From contig JBGSTX010000387.1 in the NCBI GenBank assembly GCA_041736305.1, positions 1 through 32,438 on the forward strand: 32,438 nucleotides of DNA, read 5' to 3'. The first letter of the stretch is position 1; each line of letters begins with the position of its first letter. The position numbers and the translations under genes were made by a program. The notes under the pieces were generated by a model that was given only the letters and a program-made list of their open reading frames with translations, was not told the DNA's origin and did not search any database. Shown in pieces: positions 8,972 to 17,587 of this stretch. The DNA comes from Oligoflexus sp. (GTDB lineage: Bacteria; Bdellovibrionota_B; Oligoflexia; Oligoflexales; Oligoflexaceae).

Positions 8972-9838
8972 CTACGGCTTGCATTCGATCAGAATCACCT
9001 CTCCCGCGAGTTCTTTAGGCGGAGCATTGAAGGGCGATGACTTCTGCACAGTCGCTATGCAGTACTCATCGAAGATCGAATCGCCGGAGCTATTTTCGAT
9101 GTCGACTTTCATCAGTTCCCCGCGCACGCTGATCGTGATCGCGAGACGAGCATTGATATTTGCATTCTGTAGCTGATAAGTCTTGGGCAAAGCGTAATTC
9201 CGACGAATCGTTGAGGTCAGGTAAGCTTTATAGCGATTCTGATCGGCAAGACCCGCCAGCCCTCCGCTATTCTGCGTCAGACCCGCGTCTTTGAGGCTGT
9301 CGCGAATCTGCGCGATTTCGCTGTTGTCCTGAGCTTTCAAATCGCGGGTATTTTCTTTTTGCTTATCTTTGAGCTTTTCTCGAATTAAGCGTTCGAGAGC
9401 CTCTGACTTTTTCAAAGCTACGGAAGCATCCGGTTTGACCTGCGTCTGACCGTCTTTTTCGGTGTCGCGAGTCAGGGCTTTACCGACTTCGACTTTATCA
9501 TCTTTCTTTGGCTCCGCCAGACCTTCCTCTTCCTTCTCTTTCTCTTTGATCGTGTAGGATTTGGGTAGCTGCGGCAGTTGGTTGATGGGAACGCTGACCT
9601 CTTCGGAAACTTGAGCTTTGGGTATGATCGTCTTCGTGGAAGCTCCCACATTGAAGTCGCTTACAAGTTCGGTGTCGATGGCCCATTCTTCCATAACAGG
9701 CTTCGGCGGCTGCAGTAAATTGAAAAAACTAAGAATGAATGCACAAAGATGTACACCGAACGAGATGGCGATAAATTTGCGAAGGGAAGACCCTTCGCTA
9801 GGACTGCTTTCGGAGGCGGTCTGCGAGCTGGAGGCCAA
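8972..9838 (-). CDS. tolA: TolA/TonB-like energy transducer
   Basis: TM helix with SxxxH (ISFGVHL), a charged linker and a TonB/TolA C-terminal domain (ISVRGEL...SSGDSIFD...SPFNAPP). Lies between tolR and tolB. Confidence 0.82.
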   Translation of the reverse strand: MASSSQTASESSPSEGSSLRKFIAISFGVHLCAFILSFFNLLQPPKPVMEEWAIDTELVSDFNVGASTKTIIPKAQVSEEVSVPINQLPQLPKSYTIKEKEKEEEGLAEPKKDDKVEVGKALTRDTEKDGQTQVKPDASVALKKSEALERLIREKLKDKQKENTRDLKAQDNSEIAQIRDSLKDAGLTQNSGGLAGLADQNRYKAYLTSTIRRNYALPKTYQLQNANINARLAITISVRGELMKVDIENSSGDSIFDEYCIATVQKSSPFNAPPKELAGEVILIECKP

Positions 9839-9849
9839 GATGAGTCCCT

Positions 9850-10293
9850 CTATCCTTTGTCCACATGAGACGGCGCTTGGGTAAGCATGCTGATTTTCGT
9901 TACACCGGCGATCTTGGCCGCGCTCATAGCATCGACCACTTTGCCGTAAATCACGCCTTTATCAGCTCGAATATAAAGTTCTTTCTTCTCTCGATTCTGA
10001 TAGATCTCTTGCAGTCTCTGGTCCAGGCTGACTGCTGGAACCTCCATCTTTTCGATGTAGTATTCGCCCCGTGCATTGATGGAAAGCACGACGCGATCTT
10101 CGGCCATCCCGCTGCTGCGGGCCTTGCTGCTCGGCAAATTAACGTTGATGCCACCGATCGAAAGCGGGGCAGTTACCATGAAAATGATGAGCAGAACGAG
10201 CATCACATCAACGAGCGGCACGATATTGATATCGGCCATCTGCCCGCTGTCTTCATCTTCATCCTGCGAGTTAGATCCAGACTTGAATTCCAT
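9850..10293 (-). CDS. tolR: TolR (ExbD family)
   Basis: INIVPLVDVMLVLLIIFMVTAP with the conserved TM Asp; IRADKGVIYGKVV...AGV. Confidence 0.93.
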   Translation of the reverse strand: MEFKSGSNSQDEDEDSGQMADINIVPLVDVMLVLLIIFMVTAPLSIGGINVNLPSSKARSSGMAEDRVVLSINARGEYYIEKMEVPAVSLDQRLQEIYQNREKKELYIRADKGVIYGKVVDAMSAAKIAGVTKISMLTQAPSHVDKG

Positions 10294-10301
10294 GGTTCAC
10301 C

Positions 10302-11177
10302 TCAGAGCGGCGATGTCGTAGGGCCGGTAGAACTCTTGCGATCGCTCACCAGATAGCGTCCGACGATGTTCAGGAAATCTGAGCAGAAACCGTCCAGGGA
10401 TATGCTCAGGGTACGGATGCGAGCGTTGGCAGCGTTGAAACCGATTACAGCAGGTATCGCAGCAAGGAGGCCGAAGGCCGTCGCGATCAAGGCTTCCGAG
10501 ATCCCAGGCGCCACCGCAGCCAGACTTGCTGAGCCAGAGCGAGCAATGCCTTCGAAAGAACCCATGATACCCCAAACCGTTCCAAAGAGGCCGATGAACG
10601 GTGCGGAAGAAGCGATAATAGCTAGCAGGGGAAGGTAGGACTCTAATTTTTTTCGCTCGGCTTTTTTGGCTTTACCAAGGGCTCGATTGAGATTGTCGAT
10701 GGCGGCGTTCATCGCCATCTGTGGGGAACTGGTATGCTCCTTGAGCTGACTTCCTCTCACCAGCTCAGCATAGCCGGTACGAAAGACTTCCTTGGCCGGA
10801 CTATAGGGATAGTCGCCTAGACGGCTATTGAGTTCGTTCAGTGATCGACTCTCCCAAAAACTCTTGATGAAACTCTCCGAGGTCTTCCCGTGTTTTTGCA
10901 GGACGACGATTTTCCAGATGAAGATCGCCCAACTACTAATTGAGAAGCAAATCAAGATGACAAGGACGGCGAAGACTACAAATCCGGCCCGCCACGCCTG
11001 GGAGAGCATGGAGTGCGAACCCAGATCTACGACCTCCATCTCTGTCGCCTGAGCTGGCTTTGAGCTCGTATCCGCATCTTGGGCTTGGAGGGCTCTGTTC
11101 ATGCCCCCGAAACAGGTCATTAGGAATATAGCTAGTAAGCAGCGACGCAAGAACCGAGACGTGGCAAAGCTGAGCAT
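10302..11177 (-). CDS. tolQ: TolQ (MotA/TolQ/ExbB family) with an N-terminal signal-peptide-like extension
   Basis: SISSWAI, APFIGLFGTVWGIM, VAPGISEALIATAFGLLAAIPA motifs; GGGAG SD before ATG 11177. Confidence 0.93.
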   Translation of the reverse strand: MLSFATSRFLRRCLLAIFLMTCFGGMNRALQAQDADTSSKPAQATEMEVVDLGSHSMLSQAWRAGFVVFAVLVILICFSISSWAIFIWKIVVLQKHGKTSESFIKSFWESRSLNELNSRLGDYPYSPAKEVFRTGYAELVRGSQLKEHTSSPQMAMNAAIDNLNRALGKAKKAERKKLESYLPLLAIIASSAPFIGLFGTVWGIMGSFEGIARSGSASLAAVAPGISEALIATAFGLLAAIPAVIGFNAANARIRTLSISLDGFCSDFLNIVGRYLVSDRKSSTGPTTSPL

Positions 11178-11365
11178 GAGCCGCGAACTCCCTGTGAGTG
11201 CAAATTTTAACTATCAATATAGCGCAAAAGCGTGAAGATACCTATCTCCTTTTAAAGCAGCAATACCTATCGCGTCCGCTACTTTAGCCAATAACTCTCG
11301 CAAACCTTTACAATTTGTTCTATGAAACAGACTTGAGGGAAGACCTAAAACGACGAGGCACGAGC

Positions 11366-12427
11366 ATGTTGCATATTGAACAGTGGGCGCTTGGGAACGT
11401 ACGCCATGACTCATCTATAGACGAAATCAGTGCACTATATGAGCTTCCGCTGACGGTGCTCGTCCACCTCGCCCAAAGCGTGCACCAAAAATATCACGCG
11501 GCGGATATGATTCAGATGAGTACCCTCCTATCCATCAAGACAGGTGGCTGTAAGGAAAACTGCGCCTACTGTCCGCAGAGTGCTCACTATCAAACTAGCG
11601 TCAATGCTGAAGGACTTTTATCGCTAAACCAAATTGTCGAAGCGGCACAAGAGGCCAGGGACAATGGTTCTAGTCGCTTTTGCATGGGAGCGGCTTGGCG
11701 AAGTCCTCCAAAGAAAGGCAAACAGTTCGATCAGGTCCTAGAAGCCGTACGAGCTGTCCGTGGTCTGGGGCTCGAGGTTTGTACGACTCTCGGCATGCTC
11801 GATGAAGAGCAGGCTATGGCCCTGCGTGAAGCCGGGGTCTATGCCTATAATCATAATCTCGACACCTCTCCTGACTACTACGGCGACATCATCAGCACCC
11901 GTACCTACCAAGACCGACTAGACACTCTCAAGAATGTGCGCAAAGCAGGTATGACTGTTTGCTGTGGCGGTATCGTCGGCATGGGTGAAGACCGAGGGGA
12001 TCGCGTCGGTCTCTTGCAGGAACTGCATAAGCTCGATCCCCACCCTGAGTCAGTCCCCGTTAATCTCCTGGTTCGCGTCGCAGGAACTCCCCTCGCTGAT
12101 GAGGCCGACCTCGACGTTTTTGAGCTGGTGAGAACGATAGCGTGCGCGCGCATCCTCATGCCTCGCAGTCGGGTCAGACTCTCCGCCGGACGCACCCAGA
12201 TGAGCGATGAAGCGCAAGCCCTCTGTTTCCTAGCTGGCGCCAGCTCGATATTCACAGGCGAAAAACTTCTGACCACCCCCAACCCTGGTGAAGATCGAGA
12301 TCGCTCACTTCTCCGGCGTATGGGCCTAAAGCCTCTTCCATCGGCTGAAAGAGTTCCTAGTATCGCCAGAGAGCTACACGAAACTAGCTTCAATATCGAG
12401 ACCCAAGCGACCGAAACAAGCCTGTGA
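11366..12427 (+). CDS. bioB: Biotin synthase
   Basis: [17 protein letters not shown] (radical SAM CxxxCxxC), [49 protein letters not shown] 11366 with GAGG upstream is preferred over TTG 11315. Confidence 0.97.
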   Translation: MLHIEQWALGNVRHDSSIDEISALYELPLTVLVHLAQSVHQKYHAADMIQMSTLLSIKTGGCKENCAYCPQSAHYQTSVNAEGLLSLNQIVEAAQEARDNGSSRFCMGAAWRSPPKKGKQFDQVLEAVRAVRGLGLEVCTTLGMLDEEQAMALREAGVYAYNHNLDTSPDYYGDIISTRTYQDRLDTLKNVRKAGMTVCCGGIVGMGEDRGDRVGLLQELHKLDPHPESVPVNLLVRVAGTPLADEADLDVFELVRTIACARILMPRSRVRLSAGRTQMSDEAQALCFLAGASSIFTGEKLLTTPNPGEDRDRSLLRRMGLKPLPSAERVPSIARELHETSFNIETQATETSL

Positions 12428-12456
12428 TTTGAACTGGAGGAGCAGGGGAGGAGCCT

Positions 12457-13638
12457 ATGCAGCAGCACTCAGGTTTGCAGCATTTGCGGGACAGAATCGA
12501 GCCGCGGGTGTTGGCGATACGTTCGTCGCATCGCTGGAGAAGCCTGCGCCCCCTGGTAGCAGGTTCGATAGACCTAACCAGCAACGACTATTTAGCTCTA
12601 CGCAGCGATCCAGAATTTCAGAGTGCCGCTCTCGAAGCTGCGCGCCATGTGCCCCTGGGGGCGGGAGCGAGCCGTCTTCTGGGGGGCGAGCACAGTATCT
12701 ATGCTGAGCTCGAAGAGCAGTTTGCCGCTTGGAAAGGTACTGAATCGGCTCTCTACTTCACCTCGGGTTATGCTGCTAACGAAGCCCTTATGCTCGCCCT
12801 CAAGCAAGAAGGTTCGATTTTTTTCTCCGATTCTCTCAATCATGCAAGTCTGGTCGATGGTATGCGGCTGGGGCGTTTGGCTTCCGAACAAAAGCATATT
12901 TTTCGGCATAACGATCCAGGCGACCTTGAACGCTGTCTGCAGCAATCGCTCACCCGGAACCGAAGCTCAGGGCAGCTCCGCCTTATCGTGAGCGAGGGCC
13001 TCTTCAGTATGGACGGCGACTTCTGTCCTCTCGCCGAGCTCATCGATCTAGCCCAACGCTACGAAGCCCTGCTCGTTCTGGATGAAGCGCATAGTCTGGG
13101 TGTTTATGGAGCAAGCGGTGCTGGCTGGCTCGAGGCGAAGGGCTTTTCGCATCAGAATTTTATTAGCGTAAACCCCTGCGGCAAGGCTATGGGTGCCGCC
13201 GGAGCTTTCATTGCAGGACCACACTGGCTCCGCGATTATCTTATCAATACAGCACGATCCTTCATCTACAGTACAGGCGCTTCGCCATGGATTGCGGCAG
13301 CACTGACGGTGGCGATTCCCTATGTGCAGGGTCTGAGAAAACGCCGCGAGTCCTTGCAGCAACTTGCGCAAGAAGTGCGCGAGACCTTGCAAGCTCTCGA
13401 CTTTGACATCGGTGGTAGCAACTCGCACATCATTCCGCTTATCACCGGTACCGAGGCTTCGGCGCTGCGAGCAGAAAACCTCTTTTATGAAAAAGGAATA
13501 CTGGCACGAGCGATCCGTCCACCAACGGTTCCAGAAGGAGGCAGCCGACTCCGGCTGTCTCTGCATGCCGGTCTTGATGAGTTCGCGGCTACACATCTCT
13601 TGAACGTCTTGAAGGAGCTTCGCGATGCGCTTTCCTAA
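12457..13638 (+). CDS. bioF: 8-amino-7-oxononanoate synthase
   Basis: SNDYL, GAGASRL, SGYAAN, DSLNHASL, EGLFSMDG, LDEAH, GKAMG (PLP lysine), IRPPTVP..SRLR; GGAGGAG SD. Confidence 0.95.
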   Translation: MQQHSGLQHLRDRIEPRVLAIRSSHRWRSLRPLVAGSIDLTSNDYLALRSDPEFQSAALEAARHVPLGAGASRLLGGEHSIYAELEEQFAAWKGTESALYFTSGYAANEALMLALKQEGSIFFSDSLNHASLVDGMRLGRLASEQKHIFRHNDPGDLERCLQQSLTRNRSSGQLRLIVSEGLFSMDGDFCPLAELIDLAQRYEALLVLDEAHSLGVYGASGAGWLEAKGFSHQNFISVNPCGKAMGAAGAFIAGPHWLRDYLINTARSFIYSTGASPWIAAALTVAIPYVQGLRKRRESLQQLAQEVRETLQALDFDIGGSNSHIIPLITGTEASALRAENLFYEKGILARAIRPPTVPEGGSRLRLSLHAGLDEFAATHLLNVLKELRDALS

Positions 13639-15673
13639 TGTCTTCGTAACAGCGACTGGCACTGACGTGGGCAAAACGATTATCAGCGCGGCTCTTTTAG
13701 ATGCCGCGCCGCGGCATGGACACAAGCTCGTCTACTGGAAACCAGTACAAACGGGTGGAGTCGATATTGACCGCCACAGCATTGAAGCCATGCTGGGTCG
13801 GCCGCTGCAATGCCCGCTTCCGACCTTTTCCTATCAAAAACCTCTATCTCCCGATCAGGCAGCTCTGGCTGACAAAAGCGACCCCCCCTATGTCGTAACT
13901 CTCATGGAGCGTCTTCGCCAGTATTCGGGTGGCCCCATTCTTGTGGAAGGTGCGGGCGGTATCGCGGTCCCCCTGAACCAGAGTAACGAAACGTGGCTCG
14001 AATTCATGCTAGCTTCACGCCTGCCGGTTCTTTTGGTAGCGAGCAGCGGCCTCGGCACGATTAATCACACTATTCTCAGTCTGCAGGCGCTCGACGCTGC
14101 GGATATAGAGGTCCTGGGCGTCATCCTCAATGGGCCTCATGATGAAGCGAACTTGCAAAGCCTCAAGCGCATGATGCCCCACCATCGCTTTAGCAGTTTT
14201 CCAGAAATTGCCTTCGAAGCCTCACCCTCTAAGTGGAACGAGGCCACCGACAAACTCTGGCAATTTCTTGAGCAGAGCCATGCATCGCAGCCCCTATCAG
14301 CCGATTGGATCGAGGCCGATAAGCAAGCTGTCTGGCACCCTTACACGCAACACAAGACAGCACCGGATCCGGTGCCTCTGGTTCGCGGAAAAGGTATCTA
14401 TCTTTACTCGGAACAGGGTGAAGAGCTCATCGATGCCTCTTCCTCCTGGTGGACCTGCTCTGTGGGACATGGGCATCCTCAGATCGGTGCCGCTATCCGT
14501 CGTCAGCAGTCTCGTCTCGATCACAGCATATTTGCGGGCGCTACCCACCGCGTAGGTGTAGAGCTAGCCGAGGCGCTGATAGGCAAGTCTCAGGGCCATA
14601 TGCAGAGGGTTTTCTACACGGATAATGGCTCTTGTGCAGTAGAGGTCGCTCTGAAGATGGCGGCGCAAAGCTGGAAGAACCGTGAGCAAAGCCAACGCCA
14701 GCTCTTTCTCCATTTCAAAGGAGCCTATCACGGCGACACTTTTGGAGCGATGTCGGTAGCCGATCGCGAAGGGCTGCATAAGGGATTCACTCCCTATCTT
14801 TTCCGCGGGGTGCTAGGCAGCCCAGTCACAGCCCATGCTTCCTCGATCTGTCCGGAAGGATCTCAGGCGCTTGATTCTGGACTCAAAGACTTGGAAGCGC
14901 TCTTTGCCACCCATGGCCAAGAGCTTGCAGGCGCGGTGATCGAACCCTGGCTCCAGGGTGCCTCAGGCATGAATGTGCAGGAACTCCTTTGGCTCCAGTA
15001 TCTAAGCCGCCTCTGTAAAACCTACAAAGTGCCTTTGATACTCGACGAAGTCTTTACAGGAATGGGGCGAACAGGTGACTATTTCGCCTTCCTACGCGCG
15101 GGGATCGAACCTGACATCGTCTGCATTGCTAAAGGCCTGACCGGCGGTAATCTACCCTTGGCGGCGACCCTCTGCCGCGAGGATATCTTCGAAGCTTTCG
15201 TCGATGACGATCGCTCCAAAGCCCTCATGCACGGCCATACCTTTAGCGGCAATCCTATTGCCTGCGCAGCGGCCCTGGCGACCCTCCAAATATTTGAAAA
15301 GCAGGCTTTGATCGCCAACGTCTTGCAAGTTGAAGAGCGCCTTAAACAGTGGACGGAAGCTCAGCACCTGCACATCCAGAATCCCCGGGTATTGGGTGCC
15401 GTAGCAGCCTGGGAGCTGGCGGGCACAGGAGGGGGAGACTACTTCCATAGCCTGGCCTACGATATCCCCCAGCGAGCTAGACGCCATGGGCTCCTTATGC
15501 GAACGCTAGGAAACACCATGTACTTCGTTCCGCCTCTCAGCATTCTACCGCAGGAACTCGACGACGCCCTCGGTCGCATTGAAGCCTGCATCGACGAGTT
15601 TCTCAACGAAGGTGTTGGGACTGGTGAGCGTCAGCTTCCTCTTGAAGGAGCTGAACTTCACTTTCCTCATTAA
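13625..15673 (+). CDS. bioDA: Fused dethiobiotin synthetase (BioD, about aa 1-215) and DAPA aminotransferase (BioA, about aa 226-682)
   Basis: BioD part: TATGTDVGKT, WKPVQTG, VEGAGG, GTINHT. BioA part: VWHPYTQ, SSWW..GHGHP, YHGDTFGAMS, DEVFTGMGRTG, AKGLTGG, HGHTFSGNP. One uninterrupted 682-aa ORF. Confidence 0.95.
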   Translation: MRFPNVFVTATGTDVGKTIISAALLDAAPRHGHKLVYWKPVQTGGVDIDRHSIEAMLGRPLQCPLPTFSYQKPLSPDQAALADKSDPPYVVTLMERLRQYSGGPILVEGAGGIAVPLNQSNETWLEFMLASRLPVLLVASSGLGTINHTILSLQALDAADIEVLGVILNGPHDEANLQSLKRMMPHHRFSSFPEIAFEASPSKWNEATDKLWQFLEQSHASQPLSADWIEADKQAVWHPYTQHKTAPDPVPLVRGKGIYLYSEQGEELIDASSSWWTCSVGHGHPQIGAAIRRQQSRLDHSIFAGATHRVGVELAEALIGKSQGHMQRVFYTDNGSCAVEVALKMAAQSWKNREQSQRQLFLHFKGAYHGDTFGAMSVADREGLHKGFTPYLFRGVLGSPVTAHASSICPEGSQALDSGLKDLEALFATHGQELAGAVIEPWLQGASGMNVQELLWLQYLSRLCKTYKVPLILDEVFTGMGRTGDYFAFLRAGIEPDIVCIAKGLTGGNLPLAATLCREDIFEAFVDDDRSKALMHGHTFSGNPIACAAALATLQIFEKQALIANVLQVEERLKQWTEAQHLHIQNPRVLGAVAAWELAGTGGGDYFHSLAYDIPQRARRHGLLMRTLGNTMYFVPPLSILPQELDDALGRIEACIDEFLNEGVGTGERQLPLEGAELHFPH

Positions 15674-15696
15674 AAAAGGCGAGCCTTTGCTCGCCT
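15672..15696 (-). terminator. Intrinsic terminator for the acidic-protein gene, possibly bidirectional
   Basis: 8-bp stem AGGCGAGC-cttt-GCTCGCCT (15677-15696) next to an A6 run (U tract on the minus strand), between the convergent bioDA and 15737-16042 genes. Confidence 0.8.
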
Positions 15697-15736
15697 AGCA
15701 TTTGTAGAGTGCGAGACTCAGGTCTCGGTTCCGGTC

Positions 15737-16042
15737 TTAGTCGTCGTCGTCATCATCTTCGTACATGGCGTCGAGTGACTCTTCATCCGACTCTTCGTCG
15801 TCGTAAAATGCTTCATCTTCTTCTACAACCTCCTCCTCTTCCTCTTCGAGAGGGGCGGCTTCCACTTCCTCTTCCTGCGCAGCCCGCCATTCGTCCTCTT
15901 CATCAGCGTCCATCTCTTCGACGATGTAATCATCGGCGAGGTCTTCGTGCCGTGCTTCGAACCATTCTTTGGCATCGTCCTCGGACTCGAAACCCGCCTT
16001 TAAGATCTTGCCTGACTCTATGTTATAGACTTTCCACAACAA
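15737..16042 (-). CDS. Small, extremely acidic hypothetical protein
   Basis: TTG start with GGAG SD, 101 aa of which 48 are D/E by my count. Ordered-looking N-terminus (WKVYNIESGKILKAGFES..AKEWF) and its own terminator. Confidence 0.8.
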   Translation of the reverse strand: MLWKVYNIESGKILKAGFESEDDAKEWFEARHEDLADDYIVEEMDADEEDEWRAAQEEEVEAAPLEEEEEEVVEEDEAFYDDEESDEESLDAMYEDDDDDD

Positions 16043-16152
16043 CGCTGATCTCCAATCAATGAATATAATTGGTCACTCGGCAGAGAGGCCAGTCGCTGAC
16101 AAAACTCCCCGAATGCAATTAGCATAAACTTTTCTGCTCACCTATGAAACAG

Positions 16153-16164
16153 TTCCGATCGGAA
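16153..16164. promoter_or_regulatory. Perfect 12-bp palindrome, possible operator
   Basis: TTCCGATCGGAA in the divergent intergenic region 16043-16323. Confidence 0.3.
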
Positions 16165-16323
16165 AAAGCTGCCGCCCTGCTGCGGCGCTTGAGTTCTTCG
16201 CAGCTCTCTACTCAGGTCCACAGCTCCGCCTCTACGCCATTTGAGCTGGTTTTTCGGCTTGCAGCTCGCAGAGATCTTTAGTAAACCAGCTTTCATCACG
16301 AATTCAAGCCACAGGAATCCCAG

Positions 16324-16998
16324 ATGGAATGGATGGCTTTATTAGCGGCACTTGCGGTCAAACCTGAACTGGGTCTACAGAAGCGTGTAGCCTGCGAACT
16401 CGCCCCCACAATCGGACAAGGAGCTAGCACAGAAGGAGCTGTCGATTCAATATCGACTCTAATGGCTTCATGCTCTTACCGACTCCTCGATGTGGGAGGT
16501 TTCAGTCTATGGCCCCGGCTGAGCGTTGCCGAGCAAGACTGGATCATTCAAAGGCAAGTCAATCAAAACAGCGAAATCTATAACTTTCAAGCCCGAAGTC
16601 TCGTTCTTGGTTTCCAGACGAGCTACCCGCTCGCCGATTGGGAACCATACTACGGTTATGCCTATGGCTTTGGTCGCGGCGAACTTAATCAGACTTTCAG
16701 TTCATCTACCAGCCGTCAAACCAACGTTTTCAAAGATATTTCTCATAAATACCAGCAGCATGAACTCGGTCTGAAATATCGCCTGAGCTCACAGCTCTCG
16801 TTGAGCGCCAGTCTGCTTCGCACCTTTGCCTCGCAAGCTTGGGATTCTGAGCAGGGGCGCTTTGAAGCCGAAACTGTCGACAGCGACAGTCGGCTCAGCC
16901 TCAGCAGCGGCTCGGCCCGCTTACTGGGGTCGCCTCGTTCCGACGCTAAGTTTGCCAGCAGTGAACTCAAGATCGGCCTGCAACTGTTTTTAGACTGA
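16324..16998 (+). CDS. Hypothetical protein, possible outer-membrane beta-barrel
   Basis: AGGA SD, aromatic-rich alternating strands (WEPYYGYAYGFG, ELGLKYRL, LSLSASL) and C-terminal ELKIGLQLFLD. Confidence 0.6.
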   Translation: MEWMALLAALAVKPELGLQKRVACELAPTIGQGASTEGAVDSISTLMASCSYRLLDVGGFSLWPRLSVAEQDWIIQRQVNQNSEIYNFQARSLVLGFQTSYPLADWEPYYGYAYGFGRGELNQTFSSSTSRQTNVFKDISHKYQQHELGLKYRLSSQLSLSASLLRTFASQAWDSEQGRFEAETVDSDSRLSLSSGSARLLGSPRSDAKFASSELKIGLQLFLD

Positions 16999-17002
16999 CG
17001 AT

Positions 17003-17491
17003 CTACAGTTTTTGCAATTTTCTAAGACCACAAATATAAAGCCACGCCTTTTCGCTTACTGGCTGAATCGAGAGCCGCTGACCTGGCCTTAGCAACGGCA
17101 AATCATTAAGAGCAGCCGCGCTGTCCTCACGCAATTGACTCAGGGTGATAGGTGCTTCAAATCGGCCAGTTGCCTGCACATCGACCATGACCCAGCGCGA
17201 CTCACCAAGAACCTTGGACTTGGGATCAAAGTAAGGCGAACGGCTATCGAGGGCAGTGGGGTCAGGATAGCCAGGCCCTAGCACCTTGGCAACGCCAACA
17301 ATAGCGGGTTCAGCGCTGCTGCTGTGGTAAATGAAAACCTCGTCATTTTGGGCAAATCCATCACGCATAAAGTTACGTGCCTGATAATTGCGAACCCCCT
17401 CCCAGCGATCAGTTCGCGAGGGGCGCGAGACAAGGTCATCGAAACTAAAGGTTTCTGCTTCGGTTTTCATCAGCCAGTACTTCTTCTGCAC
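17003..17491 (-). CDS. EVE domain protein
   Basis: YWLMKTE..FS, WEGVRNYQARNFMR, FIYHS, YPDPTA, SPYFDPKS, RWVMVDV, RLSIQPV. Confidence 0.93.
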   Translation of the reverse strand: MQKKYWLMKTEAETFSFDDLVSRPSRTDRWEGVRNYQARNFMRDGFAQNDEVFIYHSSSAEPAIVGVAKVLGPGYPDPTALDSRSPYFDPKSKVLGESRWVMVDVQATGRFEAPITLSQLREDSAAALNDLPLLRPGQRLSIQPVSEKAWLYICGLRKLQKL

Positions 17492-17587
17492 CCCTGCCTC
17501 ACTTCAATAAATGCCGCTAGCGACACCTAGGGAAAATCAGGTAAACCATGACACCGACGCGATGTCCCACGCACTGAGGAAATTTCT

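Noticed and set aside
15709-16062. 117-aa Arg/Leu/Pro-rich plus-strand ORF
   Set aside because: Antisense shadow of the GAA/GAC-rich acidic gene, which has the SD and terminator.
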